DNA of 64,000 bases from Chrysomallon squamiferum (taxonomy: Eukaryota > Animalia > Mollusca), in contig CM022666.1 of assembly GCA_012295275.1 (NCBI GenBank), forward strand, positions 11,036,001 to 11,100,000, in the 5' to 3' direction. A model generated the notes under the pieces. It ran no database searches. It was given only the letters and a program-made list of their open reading frames with translations, and had not been told where the DNA came from. Shown in pieces: positions 12,756 to 27,472 of this stretch (position 1 is its first letter; every line of letters starts with the position of its first letter). A program made the translations under genes and the position numbers.

Positions 12756-13471
12756 CTAAGAAAAACAAAAAAAAGTTTAAAACTTAATAAAATTTCTTTT
12801 TAAAAATATCAGTAGTTTTACTCAACATATTTTACTGATAGTAAGTATTACATTTTTAACATATTTGTCATGACAAGAACAAAAAGCTGGTTCATGTAAT
12901 ACTCTTTTGGTCATTATTGTTATTTGTTGTCTGTGATATATATCCTGTCTAATTAGAAGATTAAATGATTAAATATAAATATTTGAATTTGTTTTATATT
13001 AATAAAACAAAACAAACAAACACACTATTATGCAAAAGAAAACCTGTTTCACTAGAAATTAATTGACATCATAGATTACAAAACAAACCCCCCCCAAAAA
13101 AACACCAAAATATATATATATATAAAATAACAAACAAATTAAATAAATAAATAAGGAAAGAAATGACAATCCTGAATGTTATAGCACATATAGATTTTAC
13201 TGGAACTCAAGACAAAATGAAACGTAGATAGTAATTCTAGAAACAACAAATAAAATCTGTTGATTATTTTGTAGTAATAATGCTTCTAAAATAGTAATAT
13301 AAAAATAATACAAAATAAATAAATAAATAATAAAATAAAATAATAACAAATATGTAAATAAATAATTTCAAAAATACAAAATAAAATTGGTAACAAAATA
13401 ATAAATTAAAAAAAAAAAAAAAAGGCAAGTAAGGTAAAGTGAAAACAAATGTCTCTAGGTATAATACTGAC

Positions 13472-13569
13472 CAAAAACGGTTGTTTTCTGACTCTGGTTT
13501 TTCAGACTGAGGATGTAGCAGGCTCCCAGGCAGGCAGCAATAGCAAACAGCAACAGTGGTGACGTCAGT
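13472..13569 (-). CDS. RABAC1: PRA1 coding exon 3
   Basis: TTTCAG acceptor; (I)LTSPLLLFAIAACLGACYILSLKNQSQKTTVF(G); G|GTCAGT donor. 98 nt, phase 2 to 1. This is a different frame from the listed ORF. Confidence 0.93.
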
Positions 13570-13800
13570 CTGAAACAAATAGTTAATTCTCGTTTTTCTC
13601 TTCCTTTTCATCTGGATGAAAATCCAGTTTAATAATAATTAAACAGATATATGATATCCAGCAATTCAAACAACACAGATTCGAAATAAATTTACTTAAT
13701 GGTATTTTACATTTACTGTTATATCTCTGCATATGTGTATGCTTGGAATGGTGTGTATGTGTGAGTGTGTATTTGCTTATATTTTATATTTGTGTGTGTG

Positions 13801-13845
<45 letters not shown>

Positions 13846-13983
13846 ACACACATACATTATATAGTTAGGTCAGAAAAAGATTATATTTGAATGTAGTATA
13901 TGTATTATAAATGAATAACAATCAAAGCTGTGTTATTTATTTTAAAAAAAAAGAAAAAAGTCTTCACATTATTTTATACTTAC

Positions 13984-14193
13984 ATGCAAAAAATGACGAG
14001 GCCCAAAAACACAAAGACATAATTTCCCTGGAAGTGTTCAATGTTTTTAACAAGTCTCTTTGGAACTGGTGTCAGTGATTTTGGCACTTTGAACCTGCTG
14101 GTGTTAACAAACTCTGACCATGGCTTCACACTTTGTCTGGTTTTTGAAAACCACTCCCTTGCAGACACATTCGACAGAGAAATAGACATAATT
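13984..14193 (-). CDS. RABAC1: PRA1 coding exon 2
   Basis: TTTCAG acceptor; (R)IMSISLSNVSAREWFSKTRQSVKPWSEFVNTSRFKVPKS..KRLVKNIEHFQGNYVFVFLGLVIFC; AT|GTAAGT donor. 210 nt. PRA1 motifs KPW.EF and N...FQ.NY. Confidence 0.95.
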
Positions 14194-14384
14194 CTGAAAG
14201 AATAAATAAATAAATAGTTAATCAAACAAACAAATAAACAAATCTGGACATGTTTCAGTGTCAAAAATGTACAACTTACAAATGTCTTTATGAGTATATT
14301 TTTGTTTGTGTCAATCTGTATGTTGTTTTCTTACATTCACTATCTATGAGGAAATAAAAAGCATTATCTATTGGGATGGGAGGG

Positions 14385-14441
<57 letters not shown>

Positions 14442-14981
14442 CATGCTTAATTAAAAGCAATTATATATGTAAGAACCACAAACATTATGAATATGAAAAC
14501 TACAGATGATGAAAAAAAAACAATAAATAAACAATTATTAAAAATCCATTAATAATTACTTTGACAAAAGTGAAATGATACATTTGACTTTATAATATAA
14601 AACAAATAAAAGTTTTTGCTTTTTAATTTGCTTTCTATAGACTATACTGTCTGTGCAAATATTATAGTTTAACGAAATGAATATTGATATTATTAAAAAC
14701 TGTTTTCTAACCACTGGCGATTCACTGATTCAACCATTGAATCAGTATGGTTACGAGTAATTTGATTTTAGTATCCTAATGGTAATACCTCGAAACAACT
14801 GACGAATAAAATACACAAAGTTTGAACAGTGATGTTATTCATATATAATGTATTTAATGATATTAACTTGAGTCATTTAAGGTTACAATTGAAATACGAT
14901 AATGCAGCTTACTCTATGTAAAACATTAACTGATAAAGACTACATTTGATGTTAAGCATTTACAAATTAACACAAACAAAC

Positions 14982-15052
14982 CTGTTTTTTAAATTAGTAT
15001 CAACTGGTTGCGAAGAACCATCAAGATTTCCTTCCAAATCGTTTTTTTCCAT
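14982..15052 (-). CDS. RABAC1: Prenylated Rab acceptor 1 (PRA1), coding exon 1 of 5
   Basis: ATG at 15052, MEKNDLEGNLDGSSQPVDTNLKN + AG|GTTTGT (phase 2), in phase with exon 2. Lies at the edge of a CpG-retaining promoter-like block. Confidence 0.75.
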
Positions 15053-16557
15053 CACAAAAACCAACAAAAAGCCATTTGTGATTTGACAATCTGACAACGT
15101 GGAAATCACTTCCTATAAACACCAATTATGATGACGTTTTACACAAATAGGCCGCTTTCTGAACATAGCAACTGATATTAAGGGAAATGCAATACTACCA
15201 CTTCTACTACTACAAGTGCTACTGAGAATATGTGACAGTGGAAGAAGAAAAAAAAATAATAGCTGACAAGGAACAAAAAGTTAAAATAAGGTGATTTCCT
15301 ATTGATACAAAATTGTTTTTAATTTATTAAACAAGGGAAACAACTCTTTAGACGTACAATTATAACTAATCGGTGGCATATGCGTCTTGTTAATAACTAA
15401 ATAATTATAAAATAAGGTACATTGCTGATGGTTGTATATTTTAAAAAGCGTAACATAATTTGTTAATTTATTTTCAAACTGAAAAACAATGAACATGTCA
15501 CAAAGTACTTTTATCAAACCGGTATAGAGAAGAAACAAAGAAAAATGAGGAAAAAAGGAAGAAAGGAAGAAAGACAGAAAATAAAAAGAAAAGGTGGTGT
15601 AACCGTTTTTATTATTGCATGGCCGTAACTACACTGATGCAAATACCGAAACTGACGATTTTTTTTAAAGAAAAAAACAAAAATTAATACAAAGATTTTC
15701 TTTAAAAACTATAAAATATAAAGTTCTATTCCGATAGAAACGATATCCACTTTCAAGACGGAGCTTCTGGGAAAAAGAGTCTAATTTCGGCCATATATTG
15801 TATGGAATAATTTTGATAAATTATCATTGGTAATTATAAATTATTATTTTGTGTTTGTTTTGTTTATGTTGTTTGCTTGTGAATTTATATTTAAGTTTGG
15901 ATTTGTTTTATTAAGACCATACGATAACATTTTAATTCATACCATCTAAAACAAAAATACAAAATTATCCTTTTGTGACGTCTTCACTGCTCAAGTATGG
16001 ATGTTCTGTACACATCGTACAAGTTATCTCGGACAATTTATTCAGAAAGATTTGTATTTAAGTCCAGAAACACATTTTTTTGTCCTATATCTGTAGATAT
16101 AACTTATAATAATGTTAGAACTCGCCCGTTAGGAATGCGTAAACTGTATCTGTTCAGTCACATTGTGACCTCTTTATTCACTGGCGTGACGAGTCTGTTT
16201 CGTCATTAAGGTGACCTACCAACAGTTATCAGAAAATCAGAAATTTCATCTTTCTACTCGTGACCGCATTTTATAAGCTTCTCTTTTTATTCACATAAAA
16301 GCCTGTTTACGTGTCATTTTTTCCCCGAAACGTGTTGTTGAGCTATAATAGTTCTTGTCCTCGATATAAAATACTGTAAATAAATACACAGAAGTGTTGG
16401 CTTTTATATGAATACTGATCTAGTTTCAGGCTAAGTAATTTGAAATTACTACAATTAATAATATTAATGTTTAAGAAAATTTAACTTAACGTGGTATTTT
16501 TATTTGTTTTGCTTATGATGATGATAACTTGCATTATTAGTAGTAGTAGTAATAGTT

Positions 16558-16615
<58 letters not shown>

Positions 16616-17554
16616 TAATAATAATGATAAAAGTAGTAGCTGTAGTAATAAATTTTGTCGAGCAATGTAAAGCAACAGATGCCGAGGTGCATTAATGTAG
16701 TCTGTTAATGTGTTATCAATACAGTTACGTGAGTTTGTGTCTTGCTCATGATGACCAAACATTTTTCATTCGTTTTTAAACTGGTTGCCCTGACCGTTTA
16801 GCAATTTTCTGTTAACTTTGTGCATTAACAGCATAGTTCTTTAAAGGTTTGAAGCAAAAATAGCATCTCTTTCTTCACACAAGAGGGCCAGCACAGGTTT
16901 CTGAATACCTGTACCCAGCCCATAAAACACCTTCGATTCGCCATACCAGATATTTTATTTCATTAATACTTGCAGCATTTGGTTCAATGAAGGAACGATA
17001 TCTGATTACTTCAATCAAGATTATCCGGTCACCAACCAACGTAGTTTTTAAAGCTTCGTTAATAATCATGTGATTAGATTTGATTGATTGATTGATTTAC
17101 AACAACGACAACAACAACTATTATTATTATTATTATTATTTAATTTATATATCTTTATTCAGTTTTCTCTGTTGTTTCTGTGTTTGTTCTATTTTTATTT
17201 ATACTATTTTCACTGTGCTTGATTTTCTTTTCATTTTACTTAACTTTTTTTTAATTTTAAGTTTAGTATTTTGTACTTCATTTTAACTTATTTTAAATTA
17301 TGATTTTTTTTTTTTTTTTTGAATATTAACGAAGTCACTGACATACAGGTAAAACCAAACACACCTGTTTATCTCTCTTTATTTACCGGTCATTCTCCTC
17401 GTATGGATGACTGCATTCGCGAGATGAAAACATCACACAAGACTTGTCAAACATAAATAATAGTATCCACGTACGATTTCTTCAAACAAGATTTGTTTTT
17501 ATTAGAAACAGAGACAGGCAGGCAGATAGACAGACTGAGAGACAAATACACAGC

Positions 17555-17609
<55 letters not shown>

Positions 17610-17773
17610 GTAGAAAGATAGATAGATAGATAGATACACAGACAGATATACAGACTGATAGATAGAATGATATAGAGATAAAGGAGATACCTCAAACACA
17701 TTGTACAATACATGCACAGTATATAATGAAATAAAAGCATAATATAACAAAAAGAAAATGTTAAACTAAATAA

Positions 17774-17870
<97 letters not shown>

Positions 17871-19340
17871 GTAACCCAAGTATAAATAAGCAAATAATGA
17901 AACAAACAAGAAATAACATAATATAGAGGAAAAGTTAAAAATAAATAATAAAGATGGACAGAAGGGTGAAGCTATATGAAACGAAACAAAGACACATGTA
18001 CACAAACCTCACACAGCGCAGATTGTTCATAATTAGCATGAAGCATTTAATACCTAAAAACAAAATAAAAACAACAACAAAACAGTCCAAACAGTCCAAA
18101 ATACAAACAAACAAACAAACAAACAAACAAAAAACGTTCAGTAACTAAAAATTAAAAAAATTAAAGTATCTAAAGACAAAAAGCAGTGAAGTGATGTTAA
18201 ATTAACACAGACAATCTGCGTCATCAGTTTGTATTTTAAATACCACACGCACTGGTGACAGCTGTATGTCATCGTTACTTCATCAACAACAACAACAACG
18301 TGTTATTATTACCAAACCTCAGGTCACTATAGCTGTCCTTTCATCAGGGTCGGTTCTAATATTGTGAGGAAGGGGATTATCAGAATTCACCAATTCTTGC
18401 AGAAAATGTAGATTATCTCGGTAAACGGTGTCTGTAACTGAGGAGTGAAGGAAGGGAGCGATGTATGTAGGAAGAGTGTTTTAAGTGTAAGAATAGTCGA
18501 ATAAAAGAGAAAAGAAGAAAAAGAAATAAAGAAGATAACTTATAAAAGAAATAGTTATGTTACGTATGTATTACTCTGAATATTCTGCAAGAAAAAAGAG
18601 CTTTTTTTTTTTTTTTTTTTTTCCGGTTTATTTTCCTGCAGTTAATTTACTTATCCATACACCCATATTGCATATATATGAACATACATACAAACATATA
18701 TCACAAACATATATCTGCATACTCCGGTACGCATTCATGTACACGTACACATTCAAATACTTATATATTTTTTGTTTTTTGCAGTTTATATCATATTCAC
18801 ACATAAATTACACATATACACATACATATACAAAAATATACAAAAATACACAGTATACACATTAACATACATATACACATAAACATACACATACAAATAC
18901 AGGCATACATTCATACACACAAACACACCCAGACACACGCATATACACACATATACATACAGTGGACTATAATTTAAAACTGTATCCAAGTAAATTTAAT
19001 AACCTTATTCTTTTTCAAGATCATTTTTAATATCAAATTTCACAGAATAATCCGTAACAAATAAAAGAATGTAATTTTAACAATAAAAAGGTAAACAACA
19101 AATAGTTGAAATATAAATCCTCTTCTCATGGTCGGATGGATCAATGGTATTAAAACATTAATAGCTTGCTCGGATAGACGCGGGTTTTTTTCTTCTCTCT
19201 GTTTGGTAATATATCTCATCTCTTGTAATTCGTACACTTGTTATTTGTATCTTTTACATTTAGCCTTGTGCAATACCACACGAGGTTTTTGTTATGGTTT
19301 ACAGTTTTGCTTTTGTTATTTTATAGGGCTAAGTTCGCAT

Positions 19341-19421
<81 letters not shown>

Positions 19422-19844
19422 CTGTGTGTATTGGTGTGTTAAATTTACGATTCATTCTGTTTCTGACTTCTACTTGAAAATTGTTGTTGTTGTTATTATT
19501 ATTATTATTATTACTACGACTACTACTTATTATTGTTATTGATATTGTTGCTGTTGTTGTCATTGTTGTTATTGTTGTACACCATGAGAGATTATATTCA
19601 TACGTGTTTGAAGAAAAGCCGAGACACCGTCATACTAAATGGCTTTGTAAACTAATTTACGCCGGAACAGAAAAGTGCATACTCAATTTTCTGCATGACG
19701 CCGCATTTCCCACATGCTGACTATAAATTACAGTGAGTAAATTTCTCATGACAATAATATTTCTAGTATTATGAAGCTTTTTTCTTTCCTGTATTTTTTT
19801 CCTGTTTTAGCCAGCGATGACTTGTCACTCAGCCAGCCGAGCTG

Positions 19845-19980
19845 ATCACGTGACTCAGCGGGAAACCCATCAATGGCCTAAATCCATAGGGTGTTTTTGA
19901 CCTGCGACCTCTGACCTCATCATAATGCAACAAAGAATGATATCACATTTCTAGGCTTGAAAAAGTTCGTTATATAAAAG
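19845..19980 (+). promoter_or_regulatory. Putative TATA promoter of the WxxW-TM gene
   Basis: TATATAAAAG at 19971. Overlapping E-box/AP-1/ARE-like TCACGTGACTCAGC at 19846-19859. Three DR1-spaced (T/C)GACCT half-sites at 19898-19917. About 350 bp upstream of the ATG. Confidence 0.5.
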
Positions 19981-20322
19981 CTCGAAAAGTACTGGATAAA
20001 AATGTAGTTTATTTTATTTTTGTCTCTACGAAAAAACAAGTAAGAAATTGGAGTCTGTGGAGTTGTTATTGAATACCTGGCATCGCTGGCTTGAATCATT
20101 CGCTATACGTAAACAATTTGGCGTATTAACAACATACACAGTGTACGTAACAAAACCTTAGGACTAGCAAAACTATTTTCTCTCTCTTATTTTCTTTGAA
20201 CATGTCTGCCTGTGTGATCACTGTACATTATGTACTTGCTAAATAATAAAGCAGTAGCTGTTTGGATCTGAACTTACATATATCTTTTATAAATTAAAAT
20301 TAAATAAACTTCTTCTTTTTAA

Positions 20323-20548
20323 ATGAATTTTAAAATGATTACGACACCACTTTCGACAGTAGTTGTCATAGTTACGAGTTTTCAGTTGGTGATAACTGCA
20401 CCAGTGGTGAAAACTTCAGAAGAGAAAAAGAAGTTTAATCTGAGTGAAGTCACATCGGATGAAGAAAGTAAACTCGGATTTAATACTACGTCGGAAATAT
20501 ATACAAACACGACCTTACCGGATTTGGATTCTACTAAATATCAACCAG
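20323..20548 (+). CDS. Uncharacterised type I membrane protein with WxxW domain, coding exon 1 (signal peptide + S/T-rich segment)
   Basis: MNFKMITTPLSTVVVIVTSFQLVITA-PVVKTSEE...; strong donor CAG|GTAAGT at 20549. 226 nt, phase 1, matching exon 2. Confidence 0.7.
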
Positions 20549-20832
20549 GTAAGTTTGTTTTATTTATTTATTTATATATTTATTTATTAATACTTCTTAT
20601 TAACATTTATTATTTATTTATTAGTATTTATATTGTAGTTAACAGTAATTATCGTTTTATTATAAATTTATTGTTTAAACATTTCATGTTTTGATTAACT
20701 GTGTTAAGGGCGGATACAGCTGGCTTTTACATTACGTGAAGTAAGCGTCAAGTGATGAAAGCAGCAAAATATTGTCTTTGTTTGAAAATAAATAATCAGT
20801 TACCAGCATTTATCTTGATCAGTTACTTTGGT

Positions 20833-20938
<106 letters not shown>

Positions 20939-21276
20939 TAAAAATAAATAAATAAATAAATAAGTAAAAATGAAAAAAAGATAAAAAATTGAGACAAATA
21001 TGCATATTAATTATTGTCGGGATTTCAAACTGCCAGGTGTAACATTACTGGACGTTTAGAAGAACATATTTAAAATAAATGTTTTATTTATGTAGAAATG
21101 AGCACAGCTCAAACAGGCTATTTGGCGCGTAAAGCCCCAAGCATGGATCATTTAGCTTAGTTTAAATCAGAAGATAACCGCCAACTCCGGCTTTCGCTTA
21201 CTAACCTAAATATAGAGACTCGTCCTTACATGAAAACTAAGTTAGTGACGTCACAACGTCCTGGTACTGTAGCACA

Positions 21277-21716
21277 ATTCAGGTTTCAGTGAAAAGGATT
21301 TAAAATTAGACGAGGAAGTTAGGGGATTTTTTCTTTTTTTTTCTTTTTTACATTTTCAAACGTATTAGTAACCTTTAGAAAATAGGAAAATAAAAATTAA
21401 ATAAATAAAAAAAAATAATAAAAAAAAATATGGCGATGTGATTTAAACTGCCAACAAATATTATATTTGAATGTCCATGTCTATATGTACGTGTGCTTTT
21501 AACTTCTGGTAATAATTTATTATTATTATTATTCATGTATCAAAATTATTCCTATATGTTGCGATTCAAGTTTCAGTAAAAAGGATTTAAAATTAGACGA
21601 AGAAGTTGGGGGATTTGTTGATCTTTCTTTTTTTTTTTTTTTTTTTTTTTTATTTTTCTAAACATGCTAATAACCTTCAGAAAATAGAAGGAAAAAAACA
21701 ACAACATCATGGCGAT
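21277..21716. repeat. Degenerate ~155-bp direct duplication in intron 1 of the WxxW-TM gene
   Basis: 21277-21437 and 21564-21716 share TTTCAGT.AAAAGGATTTAAAATTAGACGA.GAAGTT.GGGGATTT...poly-T...TAACCTT.AGAAAATAG...ATGGCGAT. Confidence 0.85.
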
Positions 21717-21977
21717 AGAAAGCAAGAGAGATAGTTTGTTTTGTAACTAGATATATATGTATCTGTGTGAGAGATTCGGATAAATACCAAAAGTATTTGA
21801 AAAGGTAATAATACTTTTAAAATAAAATTCAAAGTGATGTGTTATATCAACTTGTGTTTAAAAACTAATAACTCACGGTGTTTGTAAGGTTGTACGCCCC
21901 GCATAGTCATATGTGACATGTTTTTAATCCTGACCTTCAGTATTCTGTAAACAAATACCAGCATACTTCTGTAACAG

Positions 21978-22033
<56 letters not shown>

Positions 22034-25000
22034 TGTTTATCTCAAACTCATACATTCATATACTGTCAAATATGTTCTTTCTCAAAAAACGTATGTACGT
22101 ATAATTATAGCAAATGATGATGATAATCATTATTTTTCCTTTCTTCATTTTATCCCTGTAAATAATAGTATAAAATTATATGATGACCTATTTTTATCCT
22201 ACTATTTCATCTGACAGATATCTGACTATATCGGTGAATTTTACATGTGTTATCCACAATATTCATAAAACATTTGTCCTGTCACTATTAACATATTTGC
22301 TTAAATCGTTCCATCTCACTAGGTTTATATCAAATTTGTTATTGTAAAATATTCATTAGTTCATTCGAAGCATACCAAAACAGTATGCATATATTAAGGA
22401 TAAAGACTTTTAAGAGAATCCCACAGATCGTGTTATGTGAATTCTGGCCTATTTTAAATACTACAAACATTTGTTATAAAACAGACGAGACAGGAAGTAA
22501 TATGATTATGCTATAAAAATATAATTAGCCCCTGATTTAATATTTAGAACAATTTTTATTGTAAAAACGTGAACTAACATGCTGCGGTTTATAATGTTGT
22601 AAAATTAAATATGTCTGAAATTATATACAGTGTGTGTGTGTGCATATATATATATATATATATATAAATATACACACAAACACACACACGTATATTCATA
22701 TATATACATACACACACACACACACACACACATCTACATAAGATATATAATAAGTCATGCACATAGAGATACATGTATCCACGCAGGTAAACAGTGAAAC
22801 ATATAATTCTATACAACAAAAACAAACACAGATACCTTTATATTTTACATGTATGTGAATTAATAACACAGTCCTTGATCAATGAACGTGAAATTTTCAA
22901 GGTCAGAATGTTTGTTTGTTGGTCTGAAATAAACTGTATTTGTCAACAATTTTCACGTTGTTTTCCTTTTTTTCCCATTGAACAATTGTTTTGGCAGTTT
23001 TACTTATTTATTTATTTTCTTATATTAACATGCAGATACATACACATACACATATACGCACACAAACACATAAACACCGAAAAAGCATGTATATAATTGA
23101 AATGCCTGTTAGCTAGTTACCTTTGCCTGTGACAGAGTAAGGAAATGCACATTACACAGGCATAATGTAGAATAGAATAGCAGTATAAATCATTAGTCAT
23201 CTTCTTCTTATCATTATCATCATCATTATCATTAGTAGTTGTAGTAATAATACTAATAACAGTAATACTGTTAATAGTAATGACTGTAAACAGTAGTGGT
23301 AGATATAAGTAGTAGTAGTAGTCGTAGCAGTAGTAGTAGTAGTAATTGTTTTATTAAAAACTTGACAAGTGTGCAGCTAATATCTTCAAAATAAAAAGTT
23401 GTTAAAATTAAACATTTAGTTTTATCACAGCTGACCACAGAGAACGTCATTTATTACATGACGCACAATGATATTGCGCAATTGCTATAGAGTCGAATTT
23501 ATCACCGGGTTTGACCGAAGATATACGAAGATAGTAATGTGCGTTGTCACATGTAATGTAAAACAAATGTCTTGAAATTCAGATTACGTGGAGATATTTA
23601 GATGAACAGCCAAATAGCCGTAGGTACGTCACAACACCAACGACGACAACAACAACAGCAATACTACTACTACTACTACTACTACTACTACAACTACTAC
23701 TACTACTACTACTAATAAAATTATTAATAATAATAGTTTCACCATTACTATCATCATAATCATTCTTATCATTATTATTATCATCATCATTTTCATCATT
23801 ACCATCATCATCAATATTATGTATTTAGTATGTTTGATGATCAGTTAGATAAGAGATGGCATGCTAGTCTTATATTAGCAACTAAAGCTCTCGCTTTATG
23901 ACCCATGGCCTGCGTGTCACTAGTTTCTCAATCTAACACATATGTGGAGTTTACTTCATGTGTTTCTGTTATTAGTGTGTTTTCAAGTACACTCGTGACA
24001 GTACATATTTTAAACAGAAAATTGCGTAGTTAAGAATGCCTACACAATGTCATGGCCTATTTTTCTCTGCACTTTGACAAAAGCTCTGAAAATGATGTAT
24101 CGTCTGATGGTGAAGGACATACATTTAGTATTGCATAACAGATGTGTGTATATAATAAAGTATGTATCCTTTACTAATGTAACCAATTAATTACCGAAGA
24201 CCAGACTAATCGGCGCTTACTGACAAATATGTTACCAAAACACGGAGAAAAAGGCGCCCACACACGAACACACACACACACAACAAACACATACACACAC
24301 ATATTTTCAATAGAGAGATAGACATATATATATATATAAATAATTATGTAATAATAAATTCACTTCTTTATTAATATTAAACTTCAGCTTATTTACTGAC
24401 GCTAAATAAGTAAATAATAAATAAATACATTTGAATTAATATTCGAAATAATAATAATAACATGAATATAAAATATATAAAACATACACATACATACATA
24501 CACACAAACACAAACATACACACATACATTAACAAAAAATAAAAGACAAACAAAAAACATACACGTAAGAAAGAAAGAGAAATTAATAAAAAGGAAAGAA
24601 CTAGAAAAGAAATTGTCCTGTAATAACTACTTGGTTCGAGTTTGTCTAACAACAGAAATAATCGTAGATTATATTTGGTCAAACTGACATTATTTCTGCG
24701 TAATATACAGCGGACGTTGTATGTCTTTTGCTGGCACGTATCTGAGAATATTTCATTATCATTCTCTTTTACTTAAAGTACCTGTACCGAATTCATGTTT
24801 TCTACCACGCATTGTACAAGTGCACACGTAACTATGCTTGTTTCGCTGTTCCCATTCTTTCCGTTTCCCACTTGCCGTTTGTAGCGTCACTTTACAGAAA
24901 TGCGCCAAAAATATCCAGATCTGTAGATAACTGGAAACATGCCAAGTTGTTTGACGTTGTTTGTCAACAGCTGATTGTAAAAACGTGTATACTGAAGTGT

Positions 25001-25940
25001 ATCTGTCTATGTGGTATCAGAAAAAAATCAGCTGACCATAAAGGTTTACATTTATTATTCCAAACTATCTTTATCTAAGTACAAGCATTTATTTATAGTG
25101 TTATTATATATGAAATCCTACTTCTTACAAATATTTATATTTTATATATATATACATATTTTATATATATATTTTTTTATCTATCACAAATATTTTAATG
25201 CTTTTTTGTCTCCTTATACAGTTCTGTTTTGTCTGACTGTCTTTATCTATCTTTTTATCTCTCTAAATTCTATATATGCTTGTTATAATCTATCTATCTA
25301 CTATTTTTCTCTCTATCTGCCGGTCTATCTCTCTGTCAGTCGATCTATTTGTATATAATTTCTCCCCCTTCCTTTTATTGTCTATTTTTTTCTTCTTCGT
25401 CTTGTTCTTTTCTGTCGTTGTTATCATTATCATAATCATCACACACACATATATCAAGTACAAACAATGTTCATTCTTGTTGTGACAGATATTTTTTCTT
25501 GTTGGGAGAAAGATGACACGGTCACACTAAATGACTTTGTAATCCAATTTAGAGAGAACATTAAAAATGCATATTCATTAATCATACACTATTATGTTAA
25601 ATATCATTAATTATTCATTAGATCTATGAATGTAACGCATCCATATGCATACATCGGATACACTTGATAACTGACAAATTCTTTCAGTGCAGTGTCATAA
25701 ATGAATGATTTAATGGAGTTGAACACACACACATATTTTTTTTCTTCTATTACTCATAGTTTAATGTATTTTAACATTGTGAATTACGTTACAGATATCA
25801 TTCAACACGAAACAATGTTGGTATTCTGCACCAAATTAAATTGTTACGTAATCGCCACTTTTGCTAATCCTTCATAAAATTCGCAAAGAAGATTAAAACT
25901 TCCTGTTTAGTCAGTCTCGTCAGCTTGCCGCTTTGTCTGT

Positions 25941-26060
25941 TTCCAGTTCCAACCAGTGTCCCATGACTGGATTATCAACGTCCTTGATATGTGTTTTCCT
26001 GTCTGTTGCAAACAAATATAAAATATCCCTTGCTGCTGATGGATAAAATCGTAACCTGTG
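25941..26060 (+). mobile_element. Degenerate SINE remnant (Nin/Deu-domain-like)
   Basis: CCAACCAGTGTCCCATGACTGGATTATCAA..GATATGTGTTTTCCTGTCTGT...TATAAAATATCCCTTGCTGCTGAT. Aligns by eye with 5 other copies in the window and with my recollection of the Nin/Deu SINE core. Confidence 0.6.
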
Positions 26061-26276
26061 TGTGTTTTCAGCTTGTTTTCTGTCTCTGCACAGAGTATCT
26101 GTAGATTACAAATGTGTAGAGTATATCTTTAAATATCTCTTTAGGGCACACGTTTCAATCTTATTATTTTGTTATGATAATCAGACGCTGGTATCTTTCC
26201 AAACAAAAAATAAACAACACTTGTCTGGATACTTGTCATTCTTCCCTACCCGTATACACGAAAACTCGCACGTTTA

Positions 26277-26428
<152 letters not shown>

Positions 26429-26678
26429 AGAAGTAAATGAATGAACAAATCAACACACAAATCAACAAACGTATCAACAAATAAACAGATAAATAAATAA
26501 ATAAATAAATGCCTTAACTGAACTCAGTTTAGTTATAAGAACAATTTTTGAATTATCTCTTGTGAATCTTTTTTTTACTGTATGGAATTTATTTATTTAG
26601 CTTATGTTTATTTATTTATTTAGTTATTTATATATGAATTTTTATTTTTACTTATTTATTTATTTATTTATTTTTTAG

Positions 26679-26782
26679 CTTCATATTATGACGACATAGC
26701 CTCATTCTGGACAGAATGGTTCAACACAGATAATCCCGCGTATGGTAAAGGTGATTTGGAATCACCTAGTTTCATAGCCGAC
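26679..26782 (+). CDS. WxxW-TM gene, coding exon 2 (N-half of mucin WxxW/CysD domain)
   Basis: TTTTTTAG acceptor; (A)SYYDDIASFWTEWFNTDNPAYGKGDLESPSFIAD; GAC|GTAAGA donor, phase 0. WT.WFN.DNP....GD.E is the Mucin2_WxxW signature. Absent from the ORF track. Confidence 0.9.
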
Positions 26783-26910
26783 GTAAGATTATTAATATTG
26801 TTGTTGTTGTTGTTTTTGTTCTTGTCGTCTTCTTTTCTTTTTCCATAAATATCCATATAGAAAAACACATTCTTATTTTTATCTTTCATTTTATTATTTA
26901 TATATCCATC

Positions 26911-26959
<49 letters not shown>

Positions 26960-27003
26960 TTGTTTTTATTTTTATTTCATTTTCATTTTTTCTCTTCTTT
27001 CAG

Positions 27004-27199
27004 CGACTCTCAGTTTCAATTTGTCCGAAAGGAACCGAAATTGTCTACGGAGATTGCCGAAACGCAGTTACGCACAAAGGTCCGCCATTTAATGAAGATA
27101 TTCTACTTCAGTCATGTGGAAAGTTTGGAATTTTGTGTCGAAATAAGGACCAGATAAAACGAAACTGTACGGATTTCGAAGTTAGATTTAAATGTCAAG
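27004..27199 (+). CDS. WxxW-TM gene, coding exon 3 (C-half of WxxW/CysD domain)
   Basis: CTTTCAG acceptor; RLSVSICPKGTEIVYGDCRNAVTHKGPPFNEDILLQSCGKFGILCRNKDQIKRNCTDFEVRFKCQ; AAG|GTAAAT donor, phase 1. G..C.N.DQ....C.D(F/Y)EVRF.C signature with 6 Cys. Confidence 0.92.
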
Positions 27200-27412
27200 G
27201 TAAATAATATAGATTTATGTATTCATTCATTCATTCATACATTCATTCATTCATTCATACATTCATTCATTCATTCTTCATTCATTCTTTCATTCACTTT
27301 GTGTGTGTGTGAAAGTAAAATAATGAAAACTGTGTTGTTATCACTATCTTCTTCCTCCTCTACCTTCTCCTCCTCCTCTTCATTATTATTATTATTATGA
27401 TTATGATGATTA

Positions 27413-27468
<56 letters not shown>

Positions 27469-27472
27469 TCAG

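Noticed and set aside
13264-13611. 115-aa ORF over PRA1 exon 3
   Set aside because: Wrong frame; the PRA1-matching frame is defined by the splice phases.
16875-17069. 64-aa minus-strand ORF in complex sequence
   Set aside because: No recognisable motif or convincing splice sites; possibly decayed repeat.
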